A DNA stretch of 64,000 nucleotides from assembly GCA_012295275.1 (NCBI GenBank), contig CM022670.1, forward strand, positions 18,786,001 to 18,850,000, read 5' to 3'. This stretch comes from Chrysomallon squamiferum. Its lineage: Eukaryota > Animalia > Mollusca. How positions within the stretch are numbered: the first letter of the stretch is position 1; every line of letters starts with the position of its first letter. Of the stretch, positions 1 through 13,654 are shown piece by piece. The notes beneath the pieces were generated by a model, which did not search any database, was not told the origin of the DNA, and worked only from the letters and a program-made list of their open reading frames with translations. Position numbers and translations under genes: made by a program.

Positions 1-1235
1 AATCGAAGTTATCCGAATATATAGGTGTTCTAAATGGAAGTGTTTTAAAGTGCTGGGCCTTTAACAAATGCTTGAGGGTATTTTCCCGTGAAAGTGTGAT
101 ACACACTAGGCTTATTTCACCTAAAAGTAAATGGCACCCACTGATTTGTGAAATCGTGAACAAACTTGTAAAACACAATTCCATTACCAATCTAAAGCAT
201 TCATTTCAGAAAACTGCACGTAGTTAATTAGGCGAAATGGAATAATTTATAACATAAAATTGCTTGGATTCTGTTCCAATTATAGGCGTGATTCATACCG
301 GGTTATTCAGATTTTCCCAACAATTAATCAACAAAATTTACAGTGACATTATAAAAAAATAAAAATAAAAAAAATACACATACATATACACAAACACAAT
401 CATACGAATTTGGCAAAACACCAACGTTCAGAAACATTTAGTGCAAAAACAGAGACGGACATATAGAGAGGAGAGAGAGGGAGAAAGAGAGGCTTAAATG
501 CTATCAGAAGATCGTTGACCTCTTTTTGTCTGATCTGTTATGAACAGGACAATTTTCATGTTACGGAATAAACATTAAACCAGTGTAACGAAGCATTAAC
601 TCGGAGTCTTAGTCAAACACATGGTTTCATTCCGAATTAAAGTCACGCAACTCTGACATATTGTCGCACCCCTATGTAAATTTATGTAATTTTATTTTGC
701 ATTGAGAAGGTTAATCGTTTGAATTAAGACAAACATTAACATAATACTGACGTGGATTTGAGCCTGAAACATAACTATTTGTCATCCTTTCAAGTTTTAA
801 ATTGAAAGATTACAGTAAAACTACACAAATACAGCATTGTTTTTTTTTTTTTTTTAATTCAGACTTCTTCCGTTAACCTCTGAACAAATCTAATTGCCCT
901 TACCAAATAGATGTAATACATGATGTGACTACATATTTATTTATATTATTTCATAAATAGGAAATAGTTATACTTTTGTCTTTTAGATACTAGATTCAGA
1001 AAAGAAACCCCTCCCCAAAACAAAAAAAATAAACGGACTACATTTTTTGCTAATACTTTTAATACATATTAGTTTCTGCTTATCACTGATATATATTTTT
1101 TTGTTCAGCTGCACATTATCACACAAAGAAAGACAGACAAACAGACGCGCAGATTAAACAATAACACAGAATACATTTTTGAAAAGAATAATATCTCTTA
1201 CTTGTTAAGCTAAGCATATCTCCAACAAAATCCAT
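1..1235 (-). CDS. N-terminal part of an unidentified protein-coding gene running off the left edge (coding parts 1235-1202 and 120-<1)
   Basis: Minus-strand exon 1259-1202 has acceptor tttcacttcag, ATG in gcaagATGG context at 1235 and donor gtaaga (phase 1). The next acceptor ttacttttag precedes 120 and the phase-1 frame stays open to the edge: MDFVGDMLSLT-SEISLVCITLSRENTLKHLLKAQHFKTLPFRTPIYSDNFD. No family recognised. Confidence 0.5.
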
Positions 1236-4000
1236 CTTGCTTTATTAGAAGGTATATTCCTGAAGTGAAATAACTATTTGTTTACAAGTACATTTATATA
1301 TATTTCGCTGATCATTTCGCAACATGGAGTGATTGTTAGAAATACTGTTAACGTATTGTATTTATAAACTGCACCACGGCTACGATTTGTAACAAATACG
1401 AACGTTTGTTCTTAACTGGAAATACAAGTACCTACAGCCAAACATAGGATTATAGGATTATCCGCACAAAAATATATTATATAAGTAAAAAGGGATCATT
1501 TTTTTTGTTGTGTTGTATGTAAGCTAGATATTCTGAATAACTGTGTGACATATTAAATTAATTAAATGTACAAAATTTTACTCATTCACACATGCACATA
1601 CTTACATCCGGACGTATCTGTGCGCATGTATCTACTCACACGCGTACACACAAACATATATAGTAATAAACAAACACACCTATACGCACACATGCGTCAA
1701 ACGCACTGGAGTTAACGTGAGAATCTGTCACATTTATTTTCTCGATAATTAATCTTCAAATATCAGTGTCAATTTTGATGTAGTGCTTAATTACGTAAAA
1801 TGGCGTATTGTGGTGTAATGCTAACCTCTCACTAAGAGGAAAGAAATAGCTGTGATAAATTCTGTATTTACATACAAGATTAAGCTCAATCTTGATTACA
1901 CCGCCAAAACAAAACAAAAAAACAAACAAAAAACAATACTGCAACAGTATACTAATACACAGACAAGTATAATTTTATCAAGCATTCGTAATGAAGACCT
2001 GCAAACTATATTAAATATTTTACTTAGGGTAAAAATCAAGATTTTACAGAAGAAACTTTAATTGCAATTAATTCTACTTATTTTTTAATAAACAAAAGTT
2101 CCCCAAGGAAGATTAAAAAAAAATGTTATCTATAAAAATAGTTTACCCTTTAGATTTTAACGTGTTTTAAGACATTAAGAGTAATCTCGTAACATGAATA
2201 GATTTAAAGATGGTGTTAATGAAAGTTTATTAATACAAATTTACACTAGCTGGTGAACATTCTAGCCTTTTTATTAACCTTCTCGTGTTAGCATTCTAAC
2301 CACTGAGCTTTAATTTCCCAGAACTGCTATTGAATAATCAGTTAAGGTAAAAGGGAGTCAAATATTATCAATAATTTAACGTGTGCAGTAATTCAGAAAC
2401 AAACTTTAAATATTTAAGTAGGTTCAAGCGCATGAAGATTACATGATATCTGAATTTTAAACCTCACTTAAATGTTTCGAAAGCTAGCCCATCTTTCCTG
2501 ATTTACATGAATCACATACAAATTTAAACATCGGTTTTTTATTTTACTTTTTTTTTTATTATTTTCATATTTATAATTATGTAAAAGAAAATTCAAGTGC
2601 AGTTAAATTGGCTTACATGAAATATATTCAGCTTATATCCAGAATTAATTATTTACAGTTAAATATATTTTCCAGACTTATATTAATGTTCTCCATACTA
2701 ATTTTATCCCAAAAATTCACCTTTCTAGTATTAGCAAAAATGTTTTTATACAGCAGTTTATCGTAAAAACCATTGTACACTTATGGGATTCGATCCTGTA
2801 CCGTTTTGAACTCAGATCGGTACAATGTTTTTTATCTGTCGGCTTGAAATTTCAATATTTATATGTCTTTGTTGCGTAACTCTTCGTAATATTTGTCATT
2901 TCCTATGGCGCTTGTTCGTTTAAATTTCCAAGTATATCTCAGGTTTAATTTGCAGTGTTTATTTCATACAGATGATAACATAAGACAGATAACGATTTTA
3001 GACCCTGTCATTACACGTGTTAGAGTCAGATCCGTTTTCACTGTGTTAACAGATGTATGTCTGTGTGTAGATCCATCTATCCTACCTAACATACAAACAT
3101 ATATTAATTAATTTTGACATAATCATGTTTTTATTTCAAGCCTAGATTCTGGTATCGTGTATGAAACATTTTCTACATAACCATACCAGTTCTCATGGGG
3201 CAGTTATAAAATAGTTGGGCTTAAGGCTAAAAAGTCTGGAATCATTACCGACTTCTATCCACATAGCAGAACCTTCAAATTACATTATAACTAATAATAA
3301 AATTCTGTTGTTTTCGGTGTTGCAGATGATATCAGTTTTATAATCATATGCTCCAACCGTTAAAATTCATTGTGTAAAATCGTCAAAACTTTTGTGAATA
3401 TGAGATAAATAAAACGCCGCACAACTAAATTATTAATATAGTCACAGTCAATATCTTATTTTATTAGTAGTATTCTTTGTTCATATATTAATTGATTTGT
3501 GAATGGTTAAACGTTGTTTTTTTTTTTTTTTTTGTATTGTTGTTGTATTGTTTTTTTATCATAAAATGCTGCTAAATGTTTTCAGAACATATAGACAGTA
3601 TTTCATTTTATCGGAATTAATATATTTTGTTTATATTATAGATTTTGTAAAAAACAAACAACTTAAATAACGATTTTTTTTCGCTCCACATAATCTCGCC
3701 TTGATCTTGTTCCCTGGTTATGAAAGTCGATTAAGGTGAATCGGCACAAGTGGGGGTAATGTAAGTTAAGAGTTATGATGTAAAAATTATATTAAACTGA
3801 AAATAAACTGTTGTTGTTATTACAACAAAGGATCTTGCTGTGCGAAATCCTTTAAAAGTAATGTTTATGTAGCAATTTATAAGTATATTGCTTAATTTAT
3901 GTTTAATATTGTATTGATTCTAAATAAATAAATATGATATCGTAAAAAGGGAACGATCTGTTAAAAAAAATAATAATAATAAAATAACAAATCAAAGGAC

Positions 4001-4052
<52 letters not shown>
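4001..4052. repeat. (AG)n microsatellite
   Basis: Seen directly. Confidence 0.95.
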
Positions 4053-4054
<2 letters not shown>

Positions 4055-4628
4055 AAGTGTTAATGTTAGATTCAAATCCAAATCCTGCTCTAAATTTCTG
4101 TTCCGTAATGGTCTTAAAATAAATACACAAAGACATACTCAAAATTAGCTTGATAACAAATAATTATACTAAATAAAATTACTGTTCCATGTAAATAATT
4201 ACAGATTAAAAAGAGCAGGCTATACGGTATCTTCCACTATAATTATCATAATACCTTGAAAACTAACAACAAAGATAATGGCCGCTACATGAGTTATATA
4301 ATTAAAACCGAACATTACAGCCTCTATTGATGTCAGGAAATTATATCTCTATTTTTAAAAATTCATTTAATATTAAAATTTAATGTACAATAAAATATAC
4401 ATCTCAGTTCGAGAATAAAATATCTAAAATAAAATTACCTTGAAATTAAAGTTAAAATGAAATCAAATTATCAACAAAGAAATCTGTAATATTAACATAT
4501 TTTATAATTTTTGTATTATTTTTCGATATTATTATTATTTTTTTTCTTTCTTTCTTCTGACAGATGTTAAATGTGTGAGTCACACAATTAAAGTTATAAA
4601 ATCAATCAATGGTCTTTGTTCTCCTTAC

Positions 4629-4890
4629 CTGCACTCTGGCTGAAGATGAAATCGCGAGACTGTTGTCAGTAAACCTGGTTAGAGTCGTCTGAGTGTCACA
4701 CTCGCTGATGTTGCCTCAGGTTAATAACGGATCTGTACCTTACACTTCGTCCTATCTCATTCTGCCTGTACGTATCTGACATGTACCATGTGTGAGAAAC
4801 AAAATTAGTAACAGCCTTTGTCGCTTCAGACGACACTACTCTGATTGGCTAAGCGCCGATTTTGTTGGACATCTGCAGCCAATAATGTCG
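4629..4890 (-). promoter_or_regulatory. Probable promoter and non-coding first exon of the left-edge minus-strand gene, with two opposed CCAAT boxes
   Basis: Locally CpG-richer patch; strong minus-strand donor CAG|GTAAGG (plus-strand ccttacctg, ~4623-4631); ctgattggct (~4841) and agccaataat (~4877). Confidence 0.4.
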
Positions 4891-5904
4891 CGTCGAGCAA
4901 GACATGCTCCTGAGGTCAGAATGTCACACCGTGTTCATTACCGATCAAACGCTTAATACATGGCGGTAATTTGCCACACAAAAGAACTTGTGTTAAACTG
5001 GTTTGTTGTTCATTTTGTCTGTGTGATCTATATTACCTACTTATCTACGACTCATATGAGGCCACACTTTACACGTTTATCTAAGAAACAATGGATGCCG
5101 TTATCTTTGTTTTTGCTCATGGGAATATTCAACCTCAAAAGTAAAGCTTAATGCATCCACCATTACGTGTGAAATCAGTCATGTAGAACCATTTGTATTG
5201 ATCACTCTGCAATAATATTATAACAAGCTATTGTGAGAATCCGAATTTAAATATTACTTTTGTATTAAAATTATTTCAGAATGAGGATCTGTATTTAATT
5301 TTAAAATTACATCCACTGGAGTAATAAATTTAATTAACTGTGTTTTTATTAAAATATCTTTTTTGTTTTCTCCAAAAAGTAAGCAGCTGAGAATGTTGAA
5401 ATATATATAAAGCTATAGTACAAATACAAATGACTATTTTAACAATTAATGAAGTATCTAAGACAGTATGAGATTTTATATAAAAAAGAGTAATTGAGTA
5501 CAAATTTACAAAAACGACTGCTTTTAAGATTTTTACAAAAAGAAATTAAAATAATCTTGTTATTAAACTGAATTTGTATTTTAGGACATGAAAATAACAC
5601 TGTTAATGAATTATCGTAATGCCAAAAACAATAATTATGGTCAGTCGGATAAAATATTTTATTCAAATTTCTTGTACATATTATTATGATTGTAATTAAG
5701 AAGATAAAAGAAATATATATTACATAATTATATTCAATTTACTTCGATTTGTAAAATAATGTTGTTGCATTTTATTTTTAATTTATATGCTTGTAGTTTT
5801 CTTACAATAAGAAATATTTTATTTCACATAAATTTAAAAATTTCGTCCTAGATGACAATATATTTTTTATCAGTATCGTTTCATTTTATAATGTATATAT
5901 ATAT

Positions 5905-5976
5905 AAGCACACACTCCCACAACAAATAACAATATATATATATTTATATTGTTATTTGTTGTGGGAGTGTGTGCTT
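5905..5976. repeat. Near-perfect 72-bp palindrome (32-bp perfect arms around an AT centre)
   Basis: aagcacacactcccacaacaaataacaatata ... tatattgttatttgttgtgggagtgtgtgctt. Confidence 0.9.
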
Positions 5977-6941
5977 GTGCATAGTTCGGTTATTTATCTA
6001 CACCTGCTTCTGAATAGTCCAGAATAGACTGGAAACAGCGTGTTCACCTTCATAGACAACATTTATTACTGTTTTCCTAGAATAACTTTTATTGGAAATT
6101 AACAAACCAAGGGGAATAACCGAGTTTCGATTTTTAACATAATTTTATAACAGTACTCAAGGGGCCAGAAAATCAGTTCGAACGATAAATACTTAAATAA
6201 AGGATTTAATAAAAAATTGTTACTGAAATTTAAAAATAGCCATTAATTCAAAAACTAAATTGTTATCCGTTTTTCATATTTATTTTTTAATTTCATCTTC
6301 TTACACAAATGGAATTGGGGTTGATATGAAAAAGCACTAAAGCCTGTGCAACCTTAAGTTACTACAAAATAAAGGTTCATTAATAAATTAAATCATGCAT
6401 TGCCATACCAGTATCCAGTTATTACCAGTATAAAAGTATTATGCTATTAAATTAAAAAAAAAAAAATACATCTAACCTTTTGTCTCGTAAATATCAGAAT
6501 AAATAATTTCGAAGATCACCTTAAATTTAAAATAAACGATTGTAGACTGTGTTTATAAATATTTTAAATGATTTATAATCATTTTTAAGTAACATAACCA
6601 TTGTTCAAGTTTGAAAAATATTGAACTTTAATAAAATAATGACTCGTCACAAGTGTATTTTAAACCTTTATCAACCAATTTTATCACTCCCGCATCATCA
6701 CCACAAAATCTACAGTATTCTTACATGAACAAAAAAAGTCTATTAAATATTATGAAGATAAAATATATTTGTTTATGTAAGCATGTCTCAATACAAATGT
6801 ATACATATACAATGACATATATGCACACTAATCACATTCCATCTAATAATAAAAATATACATAATGGATTTCTAATACTAACCATATTTAAATCAATACG
6901 AATACATCAACTGTGTGTCATTCTTTTTTCTTTTTTTTAAA

Positions 6942-6988
<47 letters not shown>

Positions 6989-7387
6989 TATTATTACTGC
7001 CTAAGAAAATACATAGTACAGATGATATAAAGTTTTTTTAATTTAAACAGCAACAACAATATACATACTGAATTATTAAAAAATATATATAAAATACAGT
7101 CGTAAAGTTCTGTCTTGATTTTTTATTTTTTATTTTTTATTTTTATTTTTTCAACTTTCAGACGGTTATTGGTACTAGTAGTATTTGTAGAAGTATATGA
7201 GATTAAATTTTGGAAGATTTAGAGAAGAAATGAAAAAAAAAAAAATTATCGGTCAGTATTTGTGTGAGATGATATTGCACAAATAATAATACCTGACAAA
7301 TGTTACAATGTTACTCGACTGTTGTATTAGATGCCGCGCTATATTTTTTCCTGTTAGTGAAAAGATGTGGATAAAAGATTAAGTATA

Positions 7388-7600
7388 GTTAATATGAAAG
7401 AGCAGACGATATGGCGACAGCGAGTTTAACAGTTGCGAACATACTTATCTGCTTTTTCGTAATCAGTGAAACGCTTTACAAAAAGTATACGTGTATATGT
7501 CAGTCATAATAATCATCATCATCATCATCATTTCAAGCATAGTTAATTTGTAAGAGCAGACGATGATATGGCGACCGCGAGTTAAACAGTCGCGAACATA
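7388..7600. repeat. Local direct duplication of a ~55-bp unit (agttaat...gagcagacgat...ggcgac...gagtt...aacagt...cgaacata)
   Basis: Copies at ~7388-7443 and ~7541-7598; a single copy in the duplicated segment at ~46217-46275. Confidence 0.75.
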
Positions 7601-7686
7601 ATAATAATAATAAACAACTGAAAAAACTTTAAATAAAATATGTGACATTAGGACGTCAATACTAACAACTTTATTTTTCTTCTAAT

Positions 7687-7729
<43 letters not shown>

Positions 7730-8781
7730 TTATGTTATATAGGATATAAAAATATATATACCCCATTTTTACATTAAAATATCAAAAATAATTTTCTGTT
7801 AAGGAATGAAACAATTCTCGTTTTCTTTTAAGCAGTAATAAAAAAATAATCTTTTTTCAGAGAATGACACAAATCATTTCCATTTAAGGAATAAAATACT
7901 TGTCATTTTCAGTAATCAAATAATAATACTAATAATAATAATACTAATAATTATAATAATAATAATAATTTCCAGTTAAGCAAAATAGGCAGGCAATAAT
8001 AAACACACTGGCAAGAATAATAACAATTAAAAATACTATTCAACTGCTGTTGAAGCTAGAAAAGATCATGTCTATTCGATCAATTATTGTATGATTTGTA
8101 ATATAATATAATATTCCCAGTAAGAAATTAATCAAAATATCCTCATATGAATGGATCTGGTTTAAAGGCACCGTAACCACCACAAGCAGAATGTAACAAA
8201 ATATTTATTATATTTAACTAACGTTGTTTCAAGTTTACCGAACATCTTTTCTTTTCTTTGTATATGTCTCTGTTTGCATGTTTGTGCTTGTGCATCTACA
8301 AAAAAATCATAATTAAGTGCATATTTATCTAGTCTAATTTATTTATATATTACAAATTTTATTTGATAGTTATTGATGAAGTCCGAGAATTTCGAACAAA
8401 TGGCTGCTGACCTGATATTTCAGTTATGATTTTGTTATTCATTAACTAACTTATATTTCTTAATGAATAATAAAATTGACCGAAAAAGTTAGACTGGATA
8501 TCTCTAAAGAATATGACATAATATTACAATTATCAGTTAATTTATAGATATAAATGTACATTTGTGAACTTGTTACTCTGAAAGATTTTTCTGTTTAATT
8601 TAGATTTTTGCTGACATTACTATCAGAATATATAGAAATATCATTAAAAAGTATATCCTGTTAGTACAATTTATACAATGAAAAGAAACTGTCTGTCTTT
8701 CTTCATCAAGCTTTATCATATTTCTTTTCATTACGTCATTCCTTCTAAAATTCTTCACTAAAAGAGAAGAAAAAAAAGGAA

Positions 8782-9186
8782 TCAATTCCCACGACCATTG
8801 TTTCTTAATACAACCCGTGGAACGCCATAAAAAACAAACTGGGTAGCGCGAAGTCCGTTTGCTTCTGTACTTCTTGGACCCATCATGTTTCCTGCTAAAC
8901 TGGCAGACTGTTCGTCGAATTTGATGAATCGGAACAATGGCGCTTTTGTTATGTACTTCCCAAATGGATGCTGGTTGGAGTCATCGGAGAACGTTTCTTG
9001 CAATTCGTCCACTATCCTTCCATTGACCGCTGTGCGCCACATCGTCCACAGATGTAGGTTTCTCATTGGATCAAACGTCTTGCTTAAGTTATCTTCCCGT
9101 TCCGGAATCTTCTCTTCGAATTTTCTCATTTCGATGAGTTTTTTCGTATCTTTGGTGTTGCCACTGGAAGGTCTGTGAGAAGACAT
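8782..9186 (-). CDS. Orphan 134-aa ORF or terminal coding exon (MSSHRPSSG...RNNGRGN)
   Basis: GC-richer island with an open frame, preceded immediately by acceptor cttttttgcag (CAG at 9190-9188) and then A-ATG. A decayed paralog lies at 47197-47505. No family recognised; upstream exons are uncertain. Confidence 0.55.
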   Translation of the reverse strand: MSSHRPSSGNTKDTKKLIEMRKFEEKIPEREDNLSKTFDPMRNLHLWTMWRTAVNGRIVDELQETFSDDSNQHPFGKYITKAPLFRFIKFDEQSASLAGNMMGPRSTEANGLRATQFVFYGVPRVVLRNNGRGN

Positions 9187-9318
9187 TCTGCAAAAAAGTA
9201 AGTGATATAATACTGTCATCGTCATGTACGTAATTATGTATGAATAATATTCTGTCGATCTTATGTTCATCTGATTAAACTGCAAACCTCACAACATGCA
9301 ATTAGATGGATTGGTATG

Positions 9319-9320
<2 letters not shown>

Positions 9321-9386
<66 letters not shown>
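9321..9386. repeat. (TG)n microsatellite
   Basis: Seen directly. Confidence 0.95.
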
Positions 9387-9387
<1 letters not shown>

Positions 9388-11917
9388 TTAAATAGGTAGA
9401 TGAACGAGTATTTATGATGGTTTAGGTGTGAGGGAAATGAGGGAAGGCCAGATGGAATGCTGGGTGATTTCATGGATTGATGGGTTGACTTTTGAGATAC
9501 GTAAATGGATATTAAAGTTATGAGTTATTTTATATTAAGAATATTATTATTCAACGTTTCAATGCTTACTTCAAATATGGTAAGTTAACCTTGCCAAGTT
9601 TTATCTAATTCATTTTTTCTTTCGTTATTATTATTATTATTACTGCCTCGTCATATCAAATCAGAACTTTAAATCAACCAGAGGCAAAGGTATTGAAACA
9701 ACACGTTTTAATAATAGTCTTAAAAGTAGGTAGCAACAACTGAATGAATCTATGCAATAAAGTGGCGAAGGCTTCATAATAAAGTCGGCCTATTCCTTTT
9801 TTTTTTTTTTTTTTTTTCAATGACAGAGCAATTTCTTTATGTTGCAATGTTTTGTTACATGAATACACAATATTAGATTGAAACACATGTACTTGGCTTG
9901 GTGTGATCCAGACGGTGATGAGATTTTCATACGTTTAAGTTTTTCTAATTAATTTAGCTGTAGGGCTTTAGATCAGATGAAGAAAACTGACATGAGGCAG
10001 AACTAATTATCTTTTGTGCCCCATTGAGCAATTTCCTGTTCCACCCTGTTTCTCATCAGTAAATAAAGTGTATTTAAGATCATCTTTGCTGCTAATTAAA
10101 AAGTAATCTGATGCAAGACAGCAGCGGTTTTCTGTCTGTTGTTCTTAAGAATAATTATGTATAATAGCAGATTAAATATGTACTGAATGCAATAAAGCCT
10201 ACTTCCTTGCTTGACAAAATGCTCGGGGATGACATTGTTAATTTTTTAACTGTTACTGTTTCATATCTGATTTAGAGAAATAACAACACATTCTCATGGT
10301 ATTAGAAAAAGAAATAAAAATACTTTTTAAGAACTAATTTGGAACAGGAGATTGCCAGTGTAAACAATGAGGAGAAATAATCCTTCGAACTGTCACACCT
10401 TCAGCCTCAGACTACCGTCCCGGACCCCAAGAACATTAAAAACAGCTAGAAACACTCAACTTACAAAGGTCTGTCAGCGCTGATAAATAAGACTTTGTTA
10501 TTGTGTACTAAGGGTCTTAGCGATTCTGGTATTCTGTTTAAGAAATATTCTTTTCCGTATCTTCACTAAACACCTGACTGATACACCTTTTTGGATCATA
10601 ACAATTATATCTTTGTTACTTGGGTGGAAAAAACAAATCGCATTAATAGTTTTAAACCAATACCTTTCTGTCAAATGTTTTTTATTTATTTTTTATTATC
10701 TTTATACAAGCAATATGTAATTCATGATTATTTGTTTTTGACCACATTGACAGATTTGTCATATGTTTAGTACATTCATATTTTGTCTTTCTTTCTTTCT
10801 TTTAATTACTTTTTATTTTATTTTTGTTTATTCGTTATAAACTACATATATATATTCCAAATATTTGGTTAGCTCTTCATTACACTGGCGGATATCATAC
10901 TTCACGAAGTACAAAATATATTTGAATTATTTGTTCACCCCACAAATAACAGTTAAATAGCATTTTGCTAGATGAATCGCTACGACTTTATTACCCATTC
11001 ATGTAACCAGAACATAATTAGTTCAATGGTAGGAATGGTGTTTGAGGAGCGACCAGTTTTTGAATCAGCCTCTCTGGAATAGGTTTGGCCAGCGATCCAC
11101 CACATTATATAACGGATTTTAAATATTATAATTATGTTAAAAAACTGTTAATAAAATGTAAGGATGAAAAATAAAATATCCACTGATTCAGCAATTCGGC
11201 TACATTTCTTTGCTACACAGATTATCGGCTAACTTCAGCAATGATCCGTGATTTATAATCTGCAAATAATATCTTTTTGACGTTTTAGATTACTTTCTTT
11301 CTTTTCTTTTTTCTTTCTTTCTTCCTTTCATTTCTTTTCTTTTCTTTTCTTTCTTTCTTTCTTTTTAATTAACGCCATTTGGTATAGAACCAGCAAAATT
11401 ATTTTAACATTTAGATGAAAGTATTTATTTATTTCTGAATGTCGTTGTTTGCGTTATGTTAAAGACCTTGATGGAAAGATAAGTGACCAAAATAAATGCC
11501 CACCAACAAGTTCTATACCACAGTAGCACAGTTAATAAACAAGTTCATAAATAAATAAACCGATGAACCTTCTGAAACATTCAAAGTAACATCGATCCAG
11601 AAGCCAAACATTTATCAGTTATATAAATTAAAAGGTATTTTAACAGAAAAAAACCCACCTATATATCCTAATAAATATTTTTTTAAATTATTTTTATTAT
11701 TATTTTTATTATTATTATTATCATTTGCTGAGGTGAATTCATGCTGGCAGTGGAGAAAAGCTAACAACAAAAATATCTGCGTAACAATATGAGCAAAGTT
11801 CTCCAAGGTTTTCATTTAATATAAGCTTACAGAAACGACGGAAGACAGCGACACGCGCTAATAGTTTTCAATGATTTCAAAACAGGCTCAGCTTTGAAGC
11901 ATATTTTAGTTATAAAG

Positions 11918-11951
<34 letters not shown>

Positions 11952-11996
11952 GAAGACAAAAACATTCAAATGCAAATGTACCCTAAATACGTTCAT

Positions 11997-12099
<103 letters not shown>

Positions 12100-12974
12100 C
12101 CATTTCATTTTCCTTCGTTTCATTTTTTCCCTGTTCACACATATTCAGTTGCTCATCACATTTGAAATTGACACGGTCTGATAATGCTAACATTTCTCCC
12201 TGTAATGCTTCCGTCTAAAAATGGGATTGACATTTACGTTTTACGTTATAAATCATCCAAACAACATTCTGAAAGTTGAAATATAATACTTCTTGTACAT
12301 GCATCTTTGTATTATCAAATGTTTTATTATTATTATAACCTATATTTAATAGCTTATCGTAAAAAGATAATGATAAAATGTATGTATCTATCTTTGTATC
12401 TGTGATAAATAATCAGTGAAAAATGTACATAGTATTAAGGGTTATTGCTTATGGAACATATTTTTAAACCGAATAAAGTATTCTGAAAGAATGTTTGGAG
12501 TTAATTTAACAGTATAAATTAATTAGACTTTGTAAGTCAAATTTGGGACAGTTTTTTATTCGTTTTTATGTATTTGTGTGTGTGTTTTTGAGAAATATAC
12601 ATAAATAAATAGATACATAGCTAGATAGACAGACAGACAGCTAGATAGATAGATAGACAGACTGACACACACATATATATACAGTGAAACAATATCTAAG
12701 TGTATGCGTTGCAGCTGAGATGAATGTAGCAGGTATAGGTATAATGATAAGTATTAATCAAGTTTGTGAATTTATGTATGTATATTATATATTTGTAATC
12801 GAGTCTGTGAATTGTTTGGTGTGTACATCTATGTTTATATATATCATGAAAATGTTATTCAAGTTTAAAAACTTCAAACATAAAAAGGAATTTTTTCCCA
12901 CAGTGCAGCAGTCGCCCCTTGATATTGAAACGACCCGGTTAAATAACTATTATAATGGAAATCCGAGTATTAGC

Positions 12975-13076
<102 letters not shown>

Positions 13077-13612
13077 GACAGTGCATTTTAAAATAAAAAT
13101 AAACATTTCTTTCTTTTTAAGTTTTTTGTATACCATCAAAACAAATCAAAAAGAAAGTACGAATTAGCTGTAAATCAGTGTACTTATTAGAATGAGGCTT
13201 AACTCCAACAGCTCATAATACCACGGTGAATGTTCGACTTAAGTACATTTCTGTGCATTATATAGAGTTCACCTGAACTTGAAAACATTATATTTTAATG
13301 ATATGTAACATTATAACTATTAAACTCTTCAAAAACAATGATTATAAATATATTTTAAAAATAAATGATACAATAAGTAAATCGCGGAAAATAAGTTATT
13401 TTTAGTTGTGTCTGTTTCAGAGCGATGATAGTCTTAATAAAAAATTATTCTAAAGTTTGGATTACGTGCAGAATTTATGCATAATTCCACCCGAACGCAC
13501 TCTATTTAATTATCTAATTTTATTGTTAATAAATAGGTTTTTGACTCTGCTTTCAATCCACAAATTACAACCCTTTCGTGATGGCAATCCTTTGAGCTTT
13601 TCTTTTTGCTCC

Positions 13613-13654
<42 letters not shown>

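Noticed and set aside
2765-2832. Short inverted repeat with a B-box-like gggattcgatcc
   Set aside because: Too short and degenerate to call a tRNA or SINE; no cloverleaf.
11615-11815. Signal-peptide-like ORF MKTLENFAHIVTQIFLLLAFLHC as a first exon for the orphan gene
   Set aside because: No usable donor after the hydrophobic stretch; it runs into an (AAT)n repeat.
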